DNA of 62,893 bases, filler included, from Choristocarpus tenellus KU-1152 (taxonomy: Eukaryota > Protista > Phaeophyceae), in assembly GCA_964200185.2 (NCBI GenBank). It is 11 parts of 11 records of this genome, joined end to end, with 100 filler letters (N's around TTAATTAATTAA, not from the genome) between each part and the next. Parts side by side here need not be neighbours in the genome. Positions count along the whole stretch, not along the records: positions 32,071 to 34,688 come from CAXNAD020026223.1; positions 34,789 to 43,983 come from CAXNAD020003891.1; positions 44,084 to 47,740 come from CAXNAD020018681.1; 8 more parts are not named here. The stretch is one strand, 5' to 3'. The notes below the pieces were generated by a model, which was not told the origin of the DNA, ran no database searches, and worked only from the letters and a program-made list of their open reading frames with translations. Below, piece by piece: positions 31,971 through 45,587 of this stretch; the stretch's first letter is position 1; each line of letters opens with the position of its first letter. Both the position numbers and the translations under genes were made by a program.

Positions 31971-32359
31971 NNNNNNNNNNNNNNNNNNNNNNNNNNNNNN
32001 NNNNNNNNNNNNNNTTAATTAATTAANNNNNNNNNNNNNNNNNNNNNNNNNNNNNNNNNNNNNNNNNNNNGGTAAGCAATGCTCAACCTGAAGAACCTCT
32101 CCACAATTACTCTGGACACCCCCCCTTCCTCCTTAAGACTGACAGGAATGTTAGTTCTCATTCCAGTCAACGCGTAATCACAATGCCCTCATCATACATA
32201 GTGCTTCACCCGCCCACAGACCATCTCTATCGGATCCAATTCACAGTAGTACTATGGAAGCATCAAGCAGTGTCCTCCAAGACGCTGAACCAGAATCGTG
32301 TCCTGTGAGTGGCTTAAACAGTATTAAGTCGAGGTTAGCCCATGTACCGTTTTGGCGGT

Positions 32360-32670
32360 GACCAATCTTGTTTTTTTTTAAGAGTTGCCCAACGCGTTAA
32401 TCAACGATCAGCACATCAAATTAAAGCTCTGAACCTAAGCTATCGCTGGTGCAAAGGAATTCTTTCGGACAAGTATGTTTGGTCGTGATAATTCATTCCG
32501 GAACATTTCCAAGGTTGTGCCGAAAACATTCAGTAAAAATTTAATCTTACCAAAAACATCTCCGAAAACAATCCTTTGTAATAGTGATAGCTTAGATCCA
32601 GAGCTTTCATTCGATACGCTCGTTGTTGATTAACTCGTTGGGCAACCTTTAAAAAAAATCAAGATTGGTC
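32360..32670. mobile_element. Foldback / long-TIR non-autonomous element
   Basis: Imperfect ~88-bp inverted repeats at 32360-32447 and 32583-32670 (GACCAATCTTG...CAAGATTGGTC). Confidence 0.7.
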
Positions 32671-34100
32671 TCATCCTAGAGATGACTGCTAACACTATAC
32701 AACATAGATAGTAGTAGTGAAATATCAAATAGATTAGTGTTTCTCACATTTATGATATATTTTATTTCTTCAGGGTTTCTACTGACATGTGAATAGTTTT
32801 CCTTCATTGGTTTTCCCCCTGACGCATCTGCAAAATGTCAGAGGGCATAATAAAATAGTATTCAAAGTGATAGATTTCCATGTCTTCTCGCAACGTCTCT
32901 TTATGAGCATGGTTTTCTGAAGACTGATCTCCTATCTCTGAAGGGTTTCTTTTCAACAACCCATCCGAATCATGATCCCCCCCACTTCCTCAGTTCCTCA
33001 ATTTTTCCTGCGAGTCCTTTCAGTTTTGCACTTGTGTAACCATAATAACCTCGTCCTCCTGGTTAAGGTCCGTCTTCGTTTGTCTGGTCCGCCTCACCTG
33101 GTGATTCTCTTTGCCACCCTTCCCTGACAGAACCATGTCACTACACAATCACACGATCACACATCTGCAAACTGTCAGAGGGTATCATAATATTAATACA
33201 ATAGGTACCTTTCTTGTTCTTTAGTTTGTGGATAACATAAAAGAATGTTTACTCACTCCCCTACCCCATAACATTATCAAAATAAGCAATTACTTTAATA
33301 TGGATCCAACTGAATAACATATCATTGACCTTATGAATTTTCCTCTAAACCCATTTCTAATTTATATAATTTGTCCATCTTCTAATATTTTCACCTAGGG
33401 AAAGCCTGCTCGTTTGATTATTTTTGTAAGTTTGATATATCTCTATCTTCAATCAAATTTCTTTGACCTTTCAAAACTATAATTTTTTAACATCATTCAA
33501 CTTATCTACTAAGTTTGATAAAACCGTTTTTATCTACATGTTCACACCATTTTCCGTAAAACTCTAAGAATTTGTCTAACCTATTCCCATGATGCAAGAA
33601 GTAACTCTACGTTATGTGTAGAATTAAAATCATTACTAATATATTTAGTTATTTTTGTTCAAGAGACAGAAAGGTGGTTTGTAGATTTGTGATTATTTCT
33701 ATACCCTCAATCGAAAACTAACAGCTCAACCTAATGCCCTAGAAACGTCAACACACAGAACAATTAGAATTCGTTGTAGTAAAAGTTAATTGTTAGTAAA
33801 CTTTATATGGACTACTTTCTACATTGTACATCTGACATCCCTTACTAGTTAATCCAACAATACCATAAAATCAATATAGTGGTACAAATAGCTTATGCGC
33901 TGGGGTTGTTCCGTCATAACTTTTGATGTAGACATCGGATTTAAAAAATAAAAGCATAATCGTCATGCCCGTCACAATACCCTCCAGAGTACGCCTTCGT
34001 TATTCTTTTTCGCCATTTTTTCTATTTTTGAAGAAAGAGGGCTCATATTGGGGTTCGAAACCTGGATTGTAGGTCACCAAGAGTGGCAACAGATACACAA

Positions 34101-34409
34101 TTACTTTATTAAAATACACTTGTTTAGGAGGGAAAACACCTCCCCACCCTTTCTTCCTGTGTGTTCGCACACCCACTTTTTGACTTCGGCAAGGATGTCC
34201 TCGTCGAGGCCCAGAACGAAACACCTCTCATAGCGCCCTTTCTCCGACACCTTGATGTGGCTCTTAGTTTGGAAGTCTCTCTCCCATTTGCCCACAGTTT
34301 CCGACCTGACCATCTCATATCTTGCTTCCATCTCGAGCGCCGTTTGAAGGTCTTTCCCGTCGTTCATACACAGGTACAGGATTCGCAATGTTAGAGCCTC
34401 TACTATCAC
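34101..34409 (-). pseudogene. Probable N-terminal (HTH-region) fragment of a DNA-transposon transposase
   Basis: SETVGKWERDF...SEKGRYER...DEDILAEVKKWVCEHTGRKG resembles N-termini of IS630/Tc1-related transposases as recalled; no DDE domain visible. Confidence 0.4.
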
Positions 34410-34788
34410 ATTTCCTCGTGGAGTGCCGGAAATGGGTTACCTTCTTTTGGGCTTCAGAGCCCTTGTAGCCCAACCCTAACACATTATTTCTCGTTTCCTA
34501 AGCCGCTCTGGCTCACATAGCTTCCAAACAGTCAGGGCCTGCTGCAACTGTAGACTACTAAGATATTCTACACCCGGGGTTTCACTTAGGCATTTCCTGA
34601 GCGCAATGGCACGCAGTCGCAATGGTCTCCTCCCTAACCTTCCCTTTGGCCGGCCACCCCGGTTCTCCCTTCGCCCGCAATGACCAGGNNNNNNNNNNNN
34701 NNNNNNNNNNNNNNNNNNNNNNNNNNNNNNNNTTAATTAATTAANNNNNNNNNNNNNNNNNNNNNNNNNNNNNNNNNNNNNNNNNNNN

Positions 34789-35082
34789 TTTGATATGCAG
34801 GACACCAACTGGTATAGCTTTCTTTTCGATATTATTCTGGTGTATTGTGAGAATAATATCGAAAAGTATATTTTGTGTTTTTTTTGTGTTGGTTACAGTA
34901 GAATTTTCTGAGAATTTATGTGTGTATTTGACAATCACCGCTGTGAACAGAAGCTTTTTGATATGCAGGACACCAACTGGTATAGCTTTCTTTTCGATAT
35001 TATTCTGGTGTATTGTGAGAATAATATCGAAAAGTATATTTTGTGTTTTTTTTGTGTTGGTTACAGTAGAATTTTCTGAGAA
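34789..35082. repeat. Direct repeat of ~126 bp with 168-bp period at contig start
   Basis: 34789-34914 is repeated at 34957-35082. Confidence 0.85.
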
Positions 35083-35411
35083 TGAAAAAATGAGTTTCTG
35101 TTTAAGAAAAGTATATTTTGTGTGACATCCCCACCTGAAGCAGAGTCTTGTTTATTTTGTTTGTTCGCCCTTTGTGTGGAAGATAAAGAAGATAAAATAT
35201 TCAAATATATATATATATATTATATCTAGGTAATAGGTAAATATGTCTTGTAATATTTTTTAAATAAAATTTTCTCTTGAGCTACGATGTACTTGAGAGT
35301 GATTGGACTCTTTGGTGTAGGGGCGTATTGCATTTACTCACATCTTGTACCTGTTACGTACCTATTTTTGTTGGTTGTTGAACATGCATCATCTGTCTGA
35401 CAACTGTACAG

Positions 35412-38400
35412 GATGAGATGGACGCTGCCCGTGCTGTCATGCGCACTCTGAAGGAAGAGAGAGACGAGGTTCGTTCTCAGCTTGACCTGATGCAGGTGCG
35501 TGGTGCTGGGTTGGAAAAATGCAGGGGTTTGTATGATAAAAAGGGATACAGGTTTACTCTTTTTGTTATTTTTGTTTTTTAGAAGGGTTATGGATCTCTT
35601 GTCTTTTTAGAAGGGGGTGTGAATGAAATAAGGTACTCTTTGTCTGGGAGGGGATGTGTTGAAGGGTTAGGGTTCTTGTGTATCCCTTGTTTTTTTAATA
35701 TGTTGGGGGTGAAGAGGGGGTGTGTTGATGGAGTAGTAGTTATGGATGTTCTTGATGGTAGGTTTGATGTTGGCATGTTGAGTGTTTAGGAATGGAGTTG
35801 GGAATGATTTGGGGATCAACGTGGGGATGGAGTGTTATGTGGGTTGGATTTCCAACAGGTGGTAGGTTTTTTGCGAGATCGGTATCGATGTTTGTTGAAG
35901 GGAGAGAGGGAGGACGGGAGGGAGATTACATGGTGGTGAAATTAAATTTTACCACCGTGAGGTACTTCCATGGTTGTTGTGTAGACATTGTGGAGATTCT
36001 GGGTACTGTTTTGTGTTTGGGAAAGGGAAAGGGAAGGGATTATAATGCCTTTTTAAAAAGTTGAAGAAGATAAGGTCTGCATTTGTCACTCGTGGGAGGA
36101 GGTTTCTATTTCTTTTGTGGAAGGAGTCTGAGTAGCGTCAGTGTTAGTTCCCGTTCCATAACGAGATATTGTGCCCAACACCTGCATCATTGTTTTTTTC
36201 ACCTGCAACGTGTGAATTTACAGGTTGTATTTGAACTTGTGATGATCTGGTGAAGTTTGAATTGTATGTTTATATGTGATCATCTATGTGTGCTACGTGG
36301 GAAGGATGTGACATATTTTCACTTTTTCACTCTAGCATTATTTTCAAGATATTTTTTTTGTGTTTGAAAATTATAAAAGAAACATACTTTGTTTTACTAC
36401 GGTTATTATTATTTTTATTTTTATGTCTTGGTGTTTGTGTGGGGGTTTGCTCAACCCATTGTCAGATGCAACAAGTTCAGTTCACAGTGCACTGGTATAC
36501 TTTCTCGCACCCTCTATTCTGTTTTTCCTATCCCTCCCGGTGCTCTTGTAGGCGGATTCTGCCAAGGCCAAGGCTGCACTTGATACCCACAACAACAGCA
36601 AGAGGGCTCTCCAGGCAGGCCTCAAGTACACAACTGTGGCAGAGATTGAGGCTGCCATCAAGGAAAAGGAATCCCGACAGGTGCTTTTGATGTATGCTAT
36701 TTTGATGGTACCTAATCCTAACCCTTTTGTCGATAGTGATGTTAAGTTAGCAAGGTGTATGTGTCTGTACATGAGCGCTTGGTTCTTCCAAGCTGGAATG
36801 GTTTTTGACGTAGATAGAAGGGGTTGTTTTTGCAATTTTTCTTTTGATGCAACATCGATGGTGAGACGTGTGATAAGATAGCCCTCTGTTACAAAACATT
36901 TTTTTTTTAATGGGTTTTTTGGGGTACTTTTTTTTTGGTTACGTTGCGTAAAAAATAATGTTTTGTTTTGGTGAAGTGTTGGAATGAGGAAGTTGAGTTG
37001 CCAGGGTATTGGCGTAAGGAGAAATTCCATTGACCTATTTTGTTAAGGTGTAGATATGATCTGATGGATATGATAATCCACCCTCTTTGAGACAATGCCC
37101 AAGTCTAACTCTTTAAGCCTGAAGTCTTTGTGTTATGTTTGACTCTTGATAGTGTCGAGCGCTTGTGTAAAGATCTCAATTAGGGGTTATGGTTACTATT
37201 TTTTTGTAGGGTTTCTTGTTGCTTTTCTGGCAATTGTAGTCATGATTCTGAAAAATTGAGATGCTTTTTTTTCCTATGTTGAATATTTTTGGTTTTGGTT
37301 TTAAAAAATAATATGTAGTGTTTTTTTTATTTTAGTGTTTGCTTTTTTAGTTGGAGATGTGTTTAGATGTGCCCCTACTTTTTTTTTTTAATCCCTGAAT
37401 ATGGACATGTAGTGCAATAGAAGATGTTTTTTTTTAATCCTCGACTGATTTTTCCGAAAAATAACTGTCTTTTTTTGTTCTCACTCCAAAATTTCCTCAG
37501 CAAACATGTTCGATGTCTTTGTCCGATGAGAAGAAGTTGGTGAAAGAGATAGAGCAGCTGAAGCAGTCGAGGAAGACCGCTGCTCAGTATGTGACCCAGG
37601 AAGAGGTGAGCAAGAAGGAGAAGAGTTACAAAGATGCAGGAGAGATATTGGTAGTGTTGTGAATTGAAGGGTTGAAGGAGCTACGAGAAGTTGGCTTCAA
37701 AAGCAGAGGGTTGTAATTTTTTTTCTGTGTTGATAGTTCAGGACGTGCATGGTATTGATCAAGGTTTTTCGTTGGGTGTGGTGTAAGTAAGTTATGGGAG
37801 AAGTTGAAGTATGTATACCTGAAGCTTTGGTTTGTTTTTGTTTTTGTAAGTAGCTCATTCGAAGGATTTTTTATTTTTGTTGAGAGGAAGGATTTTTGAC
37901 ATGGAGTGACAGCCTGATGGTATTTTTGACAAGACTGAAGGTATCTTCGAGGCTGATGGTGACCTGTGGTGGAGGTGTGTTTATTTTTTTTATTACCTGT
38001 GGCTTCACGGGTTGTTTTTTTCTTTATGGTGGAGTGAGTACCCCTTGCGTTTGTTTTTTTAATCTTTTGCGCTTTGAAGTGGAAAGATTAATATATACCT
38101 TGTGATGAACTGAGTCATAATATACTCCTGAAAACGCCTTTCAGGCTGCGGGAAAGGCCAAGGATGCTCATGGGGCAGCCCGGCAGACAGAGTCTGAGAA
38201 AAAGGCTGAGCTGAGGGCTGTACAGGAGAAGCTCAAGGCTGCATTCACTGTGCTGGATGAGCTGAGCAAGGCCAGGGATGAAGGTGGGGATGACCTGCCC
38301 AACCTCATTGAGGAGAAAAAGGGTCTGCATGAGGAGGTGAGGACTATTGGTGATGGTAATGGAGGGGGCAGTAGTGTTTGCTTTTGTAGCAAGGACGGAG

Positions 38401-41400
38401 ATGCAGTGGTGATTACCTTGCAATTTTTTTTGTTTGATAAATAGGTGAGGTCGTTGTGGGATTGGAGCGGGGTTGATTTTAGGTGGTTATTTTTTTCAGG
38501 GTTAAGGTTAGGTGTACTTGGACTTTTTTTTTTTACTTTTGTAGATTTGTATTGTATGCTTTTTCTAGTAACGTATCAGAGGTTTGTTTCTACTATTCTG
38601 GGATCTTTCCTGGCTTGGATCTGCTGAATTGGGGTTCTGACTTGACACTTTAAAATTGACAGTTTCGGGAGAGGTGAATAATAGTGGGTGGGAGGTAAAC
38701 TCAAGGCACAGATGAATTTACTAGTGTTAGTTTCAGATTCTTTTTTGTATTTCTGGCAGTACTCTATTAAATATTTTAGTATCATTTGTGGTAGAGCCTA
38801 CTGTGTTGAGATGTGTTTTTTTGAAGTAAAGGTCAGCTTCTGAGTTTTTTGCTCGTGATGTCAAATTTTGAGGTATACATTTGTCACAAGAGGGTATTTT
38901 ATGTGTGCATGTTTTCATTGAAGTTTATGAATTAGAGGGGGGTATTTAATCAATATTTTTTTCAAGCACTTCTTAGTAGTAGAAACTATTTTCAGGTGAT
39001 TTTTTTTTTTGTGGTTTAAAAAAATGTGTTTGATAAAAGTTCTGGGTAAGAATTGTTGGTTAGATCTGCTCCTGCTGTCGTAAGGTAGAGTTTGTAAGGG
39101 AGTAAGAGTTTTAAACTGGTTTCAATCGGTGGGTTCCACGTATTTGAACCAGTTGTTTTTTTTGTTCTTGTAACATCCCCCCATCTCCATCCCCATTCCC
39201 TTTCCACATACACATACACATACACACACATACACAGATCAATGTGAAGATTGAGGAGATCAAGGAGATCAGAAATAAACACCATGGGAAACTTGATGCC
39301 TGGTAAAGCACTGCACTTTAGAGGGGAAGGGTGATGGCGTGATGTATATTTGAGTTCTGTTACGTTGAGATATTTTCTTCTTGTGTTACATTGAGCATTC
39401 TGACTTCTTTTGAACATGAATAATAATTTTTTTGTGTAAGGTTTTGTTTAGCGTTGGTTTTGTGAATAGAGATGAATGTCTGAATGGTAGGGTTATAGGG
39501 TTGGTTGTCAGCTTTGTACCACTTGGGAGTTTATTCTTTTGCATTTGTTGTATTCCATGACAGGTATTTTTATTTTTTGTTGAGGTTGATTGTGGTCGAT
39601 CTTATGGTTGTTGACTGTGAACAGGGAATAATAAAAGTGTTTCTTGGCAGACGAAAATGTGGATTGTTCATTGATTTTGATTGAAAGATTCGGTGTCTTT
39701 TTTTTTCTTTTTTTGAGATGTTTGATGATGGTAAAGTATGCTAAGTAAATAGTGCACATGTGTTTCACCAGCCATAGAATTTACGAAGGAAAAGTATTTT
39801 CGACCAATAGTAATGGGCTATACTATACGATGATGTCACTTTTCTTTTTTTTTTAGGTACGACACGCAGCGAGAGAGGCGGAAGCTGAAGCGTGCGTTGG
39901 ATAGGGCAGAGTACTTGGAGAGACAAGCTGTAAAGGCTGCCCGTACTAAGGCTATTGAAGAGGAAGAGTCCAAGAAAATTCCGTATGAGGTGTGAGAATG
40001 AGGGATTGAGATAGTGGACTAGGGGTTATAGAGGGGTGGATGATGGTTTTTTGGAGGTACTGTAGCTGAGGATGGTGTTACTTTTTTTTTTTTACATGGT
40101 TTGTGCATACCCCTCGTAGTAATAAGGAATGTAGTTAAGCCTGAGTTGGAAATTATTTGAAGGAATGTAGTTATATTTTTTTGGCTGAAAGGTTTTAATC
40201 TTGTGGAAAGCGTGTGTGATGCCTGTGTCTGTCTACTGCTGTGGGTATATGGGGGTTTCTTTTTTATGTGTTGATTTGTGTGATTTTTTGTCGGAAGACT
40301 CTGTGGTTTATATTGTGTGTTGTGTGATAGGGGGATAGCTCATTTTGCTGGAGTTGGAGTCCTTTTTTGGAGTTGCATAGGTTTGTTTTTCCAGTTGCTC
40401 CCAAAAGTTTTGATGTGTTTTTGTTCTCTTGACAAAGTGGCTTTCTTGTTGACATGTTGTCATTTGCTTGTTTTGTTCACCCTCGTGATTTTGTTATGAC
40501 ATGCAGGGAGTGGTGATGGTGGTTATGACTTGGTTTCTTAACCTGGTGCAATCGATTCAATGAAGTGCCACTGTAGAGTGTCAGTAGCAAATCGATCAAG
40601 AAGAGTTTTTGTTGTAAGAGACTTTTTTTAAGTTACATTTGTTTTGTTAGTAAGGGCACAATTTTCACCCCCTGTTCGACTGCCATTATTGTTTTGTGAC
40701 CACAAACAGGTTAAGTTTGGCTTGTTTGTGTGCCTTACGAACTCACAATGTCTCTTGACATCACCCCTGATTGTTTTGTTGATCACAGTCGGAGATGGTT
40801 CTCTGTGACACACTGGTGGCATACCTAGAGACCACCTTCCTCAAGGGAACAGCCAAGGTAACTGTAATATTTGTAGGCGTTTTTAATGTGGGAAAGTTGG
40901 AACTAGATACCTCTCGACCTCAGTAGTTCTGTATTGCAGGGGAAGGCTTTTCTGTCGACCCAGGGTCTAAATTTTAGTGTTGCAGAGGTGGAGTGGAGGT
41001 TATGGTTAAAAGAGTGCTCTGATCAGAGAGGGGTTGTGTGTGAGAGTCTGGGGAATTGAAGAGTGTTGATGTTTTAAACCTGGCATGCATGCATGCATGT
41101 ACCTTTTTTATTTTGAGTTTTGCTGGAATTGAGACAATGTTGGTTTTCATCTTATAGTATATATTTTGATGAGTGGAGATAGGTGTTTGACACAGGTGTC
41201 AACTGTTGATCTCCTTGTACACTGTAAGGGATCGAGATGATTTTCCTTGTACATCTATTGATAGCAAATTTTTTTAATTGTTAACTGTCCTGATTCATGT
41301 TTTTCTTTATTGATTTCAATGCATTTGCTCGGGGGATTCAAGTATGTACAGTACTTGGTATTAAAGGAATTGATTTCCTGTTATAATGTCACCCTTCTAC

Positions 41401-43161
41401 TTACTGCCACCGTTAGCGCACCTATAGACCTGTTAGTGTTGTGATGCAATAGTGATGAAGGGAAGGGTCTATCAAGCTCATCACTGTGAAGAAGTCGTGA
41501 TCTATTCATTGGTGTCGTACCGTATGTCACTGTTAAACAGTTAGCGGATGAAGTGTGCTATTACATAACCACTGTATACACTTGAGTGTGGAGAAGGTTC
41601 AAGCTTATGTAGATTTCCACGCTTGTGCAAAGGCGTTGCTGGTGGATGGGGATACCTGTACGTAGGTTTCTAGTATTTTGGGTGGGATGGTTACTGTGAG
41701 GTGATGAATGATCACATGATTTGTACGAGTTTAACCTTGTTCCTGCAGTTGTTGTGTTGTCTGTGACTTGGTGATTGCAATGTAGCTATTATGTTGTCTC
41801 AGCCACGGTTTCAAAATATAACTGTGTTTTCCTCTTTTTTTTAAATGTAATGTTACTTGCGTCTGCACGCAGGCGGAAGACGCGCCTGTGCCAAGAGCAG
41901 CTTCGCAGATGTCGACGATGGCGGACTTTGGTGGGAAGAAGATGGTGATCAAGAAGCGTGATGATGCTGAGTTCATTGTGATGGGAGGGGGGAAGAAGGG
42001 CAGAGGAAAAAAGAAGGTGGGGATATGCAGCTTGAAGCATGGCGGGGCAGGGGGGTGGTGTGGCATGGGGGTTGTGGGGATTTGAGGGGAATGTTGTTAT
42101 TTGGTGGAGGCTGAGGAAGTTGGGGTTGTGGTAGGGTTAGGGTTTGAGGTAGTGTTGGGTTGTAGGGAGCAATATTTGATGGGTGATGTGATTGGGCTAT
42201 AACATAGTCGATAACAAGGTTGGTAGAGTAAGAGTACAATGTCTTTTGTTGGCAATGGCTTTTTGTTAGTCTGTAGGTTATTCCTTCCTCCGGTCAGATA
42301 TAGTACTAGTGTAAGCTGTACTGCTTAAGGTACTGACTTGTGACTGGCAGCATGTGCTTGGTGCGCCGAGTACGCCTTCCTGGTTTTGATAAAATATATA
42401 TGGTTGCTGTTTTGTTTGTGGTGTATCTCACTAACCTTTTTTCTTATTTTTGTTTTTTATTTTTCTTCTTCAGGGAGGGGGCGGGGACAAGGGCAGTGTG
42501 ATAGTGCATGCTATTGACACGATTGAGAGCTTTTCGCTGCTGTCCATGTCACCTCCAGGCAACAAGGTGAAGTGTATTTTTGGGGTAGAGGTGTCTCTGA
42601 TGCAGTTTGTGTGCCATTTATGTGTGTGAATCTCAACGTTGATAGAAGTAATTTCGGCGTTTGATTTGAGAGGAAAATGGGTGGAAAGTTTGTTCTGAGT
42701 TGGGTCTAGATGTTTCATGGAAGGTTTGTGTGTGAGTGAAGGTAGGAAAGCTTTAATATTTTTTTATGAGATGATTGTGGTCGAGAGTTATCTTTTTTAT
42801 TTTGTTTATGTTGTGATCTTGCTTTGTTTTTTTTCACACATTATGTTTCGCCGATGTGTATTCTTTTTTGTGTGGGAGTGTCCTGAATTTGATCAAGAAG
42901 CAAGATAGCACTCATCAAGAATGCTCGTTACATTATATATATGCTGTACTAGTAGGTTAGGGGTTGTGCATGATAGCAAAGGACTTTGTTACACGGATGG
43001 TTTGATTGAGAACAGAAAATATCTCTCACGACATTGTGAACATCTCTTTAATTCCATTGTGGCAGGCTGCAGTCCCTGCTACGATCGAAGCCCTCAAGGC
43101 CAAGAAAGAGTGGTTCAGTCAGCAACCAAGAGGCTCTGTTCCCAAGAGCAAGACTGCACAG
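35412..43161 (+). CDS. Bfr1 / proton-pump-interactor-like coiled-coil protein, 10 internal exons: 35412-35495, 36552-36680, 37501-37605, 38145-38336, 39238-39302, 39857-39989, 40789-40857, 41873-42016, 42474-42566, 43066-43161
   Basis: Phase-consistent splicing; motifs KYTTVAEIEAAIKEKESRQQTCSMSLSDEKKLVKEIEQLKQSRK, PYESEMVLCDTLVAYL, GGGKKGRGKKK and HAIDTIESFSLLSMSPP...VPATIEALKAKKEWF resemble fungal Bfr1. Confidence 0.8.
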
Positions 43162-44296
43162 GTGACCACGGCCAGAGTATAACTGAGGGTGGTGATGGGG
43201 ATTTTCATTATGTATACATTTCTTGAGCATTTTGAGAGGACTTGTGAGAGGGGTGAGGTGACTGTCAGGAGTCTGTAGTACAAGCAACGTCTTCTTTAGT
43301 TGTTGGTTCCAAACTTTGTTTTGAGATATTATATAGGCATAGTGTAGTCAACAGAGCAGGGGTTGTCATGTCCATAGACCAACAGAAGTTGACTTCGAGG
43401 TGTTTCTGTTGGGTGTTTTTTAGACAAAATAGGGTTTGGATTCTGTTCTGAGATCTGTAGTTTGTGGTTGATGAACTTATGCTTGTTGTACCTCTTTTTG
43501 TCACAGGTATATGGTGGTACAGATTAGTTTCATTTTATTGTTAGGATGGATTTGTGTGCTTTTTTTACTCTTGTTTCGATCCAATACCTAAAAAAAAATC
43601 AGGTGAGTTTTGTTCATAGTGAGCAGACAATTGGATTTCCAACATCGTAGGCGTGAATTTTAACTCTGAGACTATGGATGTGTGAAAATAGAGTGATGTG
43701 TGTGGAATGTTGTTGGCCAGTCGACCTTACAGCAAAGTGACATAGGTGTATATGTACAATACTCTAGTCTGGAGGTGCAAATTAGAAACATTTTTGTCTG
43801 TGGTTGTCTGCTCATGGGTTACTTCTAGTCTTGCTCACTTGTGCTCTAGCAAAATAGTTGGTTGTTATTGATTTTGTTGAATTTCTTACCAAATCAAAGC
43901 TTTAGTGAACATGCTGGCTCTATTTCCGTTTTTGCTCTGAGTATGGAATGTCACCTCACCTTATGCGCTCACGTCAGGGGGGGNNNNNNNNNNNNNNNNN
44001 NNNNNNNNNNNNNNNNNNNNNNNNNNNTTAATTAATTAANNNNNNNNNNNNNNNNNNNNNNNNNNNNNNNNNNNNNNNNNNNNAAAAAAATCTTCCCCCA
44101 AACCCCATAGGTTTCCTCGCCCCCCCCCCCCCCCCCCCCTGAAACGTATCCCCCCACGCATCCACATTCCGGTACACGAACATGATACGCTTTTTTGTGA
44201 CCAGGTCTGACCCCCTCGTCAAGAATCCACATACCCTATTTCTGCCCCTCATCCCCCTTCCCCCCCCTCCCGGTCTTGTCCGTGCAAACCGCGAAG

Positions 44297-44605
44297 GCTT
44301 CTGATGCAGAAGGTACGATACGTGTCCTCCGATCCCTGCTCCGTCCTGGGGGGCAGGCCTACTTCGTTGCGGCTCACCCTAGGACTCGCTACGGTGTGGA
44401 TGCCCTAGCGCCCCTCCTCGAGCAGGAATCCTCAGGCTTTGGATTCGCTTGTGAGGAGGTGACCGACCCTTCTTTGCTAGAGAGGATAGAGGAGGCTGAG
44501 TACCTTTCCTGGTTGCGGTTTCACATTTGGCGACAGCCGCGGGTGGGGCCTGTTCCTGCCGACGAAGGAGTTGTAGCAGGAGAGGCGATTTTGACTGTTG
44601 GTTGA
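44297..44605 (+). CDS. Last exon of a seven-beta-strand methyltransferase (METTL21/Methyltransf_16-like)
   Basis: TIRVLRSLLRPGGQAYFVAAHPRTRYGVDAL fits the L..LL.PGG motif of class I SAM methyltransferases; pyrimidine-rich acceptor upstream. Confidence 0.6.
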   Translation, partial: ASDAEGTIRVLRSLLRPGGQAYFVAAHPRTRYGVDALAPLLEQESSGFGFACEEVTDPSLLERIEEAEYLSWLRFHIWRQPRVGPVPADEGVVAGEAILTVG

Positions 44606-45534
44606 TTTGAGATATTGATGCGGAAGGAGGGGCAGGGCTGAAAGCTCTTGTCTGTCGTGAGTAGTAAGTAGTACATGCACTGTAGTTTGTTTGTTTTTCT
44701 TAATGTTTGTGTGTGTTGGGGGGAGGGGGGGGGAGGGAGGACTGTGTTGCTTCTTTCTTGCATTTTGGGTTACTGCTTTAATTTAGTATCAAATGCTTGA
44801 TGTATATTTTCTTCTTTTAGCGTTGAAACTTTTGTAGGGGTGTTAGCTGAGGTGTGATTGGGGATCGATGGATCAATCTATCGGCCAAATGTTGTGTGTG
44901 TGGGGGCGGGGGCGGGGCGGGGGGGGAAGATGTGCGAAGATTGTCATGACTGATATTGGTCTGAGAGGTGTAAATGGCAGTACACCTTTTTTCTCTCTCT
45001 CTCATGTTTGGACTTGCTGTAAATGTTCAATACTCTTATGTGCTTGTTTGGCTTGTTATATTGGTTCTTTTTTGGAGCCTTCTCAGTCGATGCCGAGTCT
45101 TTGGACAGGAAATAGACAACAGGATCGTGTTTTTGTGTCTTGCTTCTGCTGTCATTCTGTAATGCTGTCATTCCTGTTTTGTGTAGATAGTACTGTAGCA
45201 ATGACCGGATGTATCCCCGATCAAGAGCTCCCCCCCCCCGCTTGTAGAACATCCTGCGGGTAAAATTCAATAGGAGAGGGGTAAGATTTGATCCGGTTGA
45301 GAAAGGATTACAGAATATTATTTTTTGTTTGTTTGTTGTGGAGGGTTCCGAGATGAGATGGCTTGACTTTCGATCGTGATGGAGGGGATCCATGTGATTG
45401 AGGAGTCTTGCTCTTGCATACAACAGAGTACATTTTGTTCATCTCGCAGTGATACGATAGTATTATTAGTGTATAGTGCAGAGCTTTTCCTGCCAGCTCG
45501 CATGCAATTTTCTTGACTGTTTTTGTTAGGGGTT

Positions 45535-45587
45535 GAGGTTAGGGTTAGGGCTAGGGCTAGGGCTAGGGTTAGGATTTGGGGTTAGGT
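45535..45587 (+). repeat. Interstitial telomere-like TTAGGG/CTAGGG repeats (short CCCTAA runs also at ~4834, ~7186, ~7767)
   Basis: GGTTAGGGTTAGGGCTAGGGCTAGGGCTAGGGTTAGG. Confidence 0.7.

Noticed and set aside
34789-35082. Functional direct repeat or LTR
   Set aside because: Apparently identical copies at a contig edge; tandem repeat or assembly artefact, with no LTR hallmarks.
45535-45587. True telomere
   Set aside because: Short, degenerate and internal to a contig.
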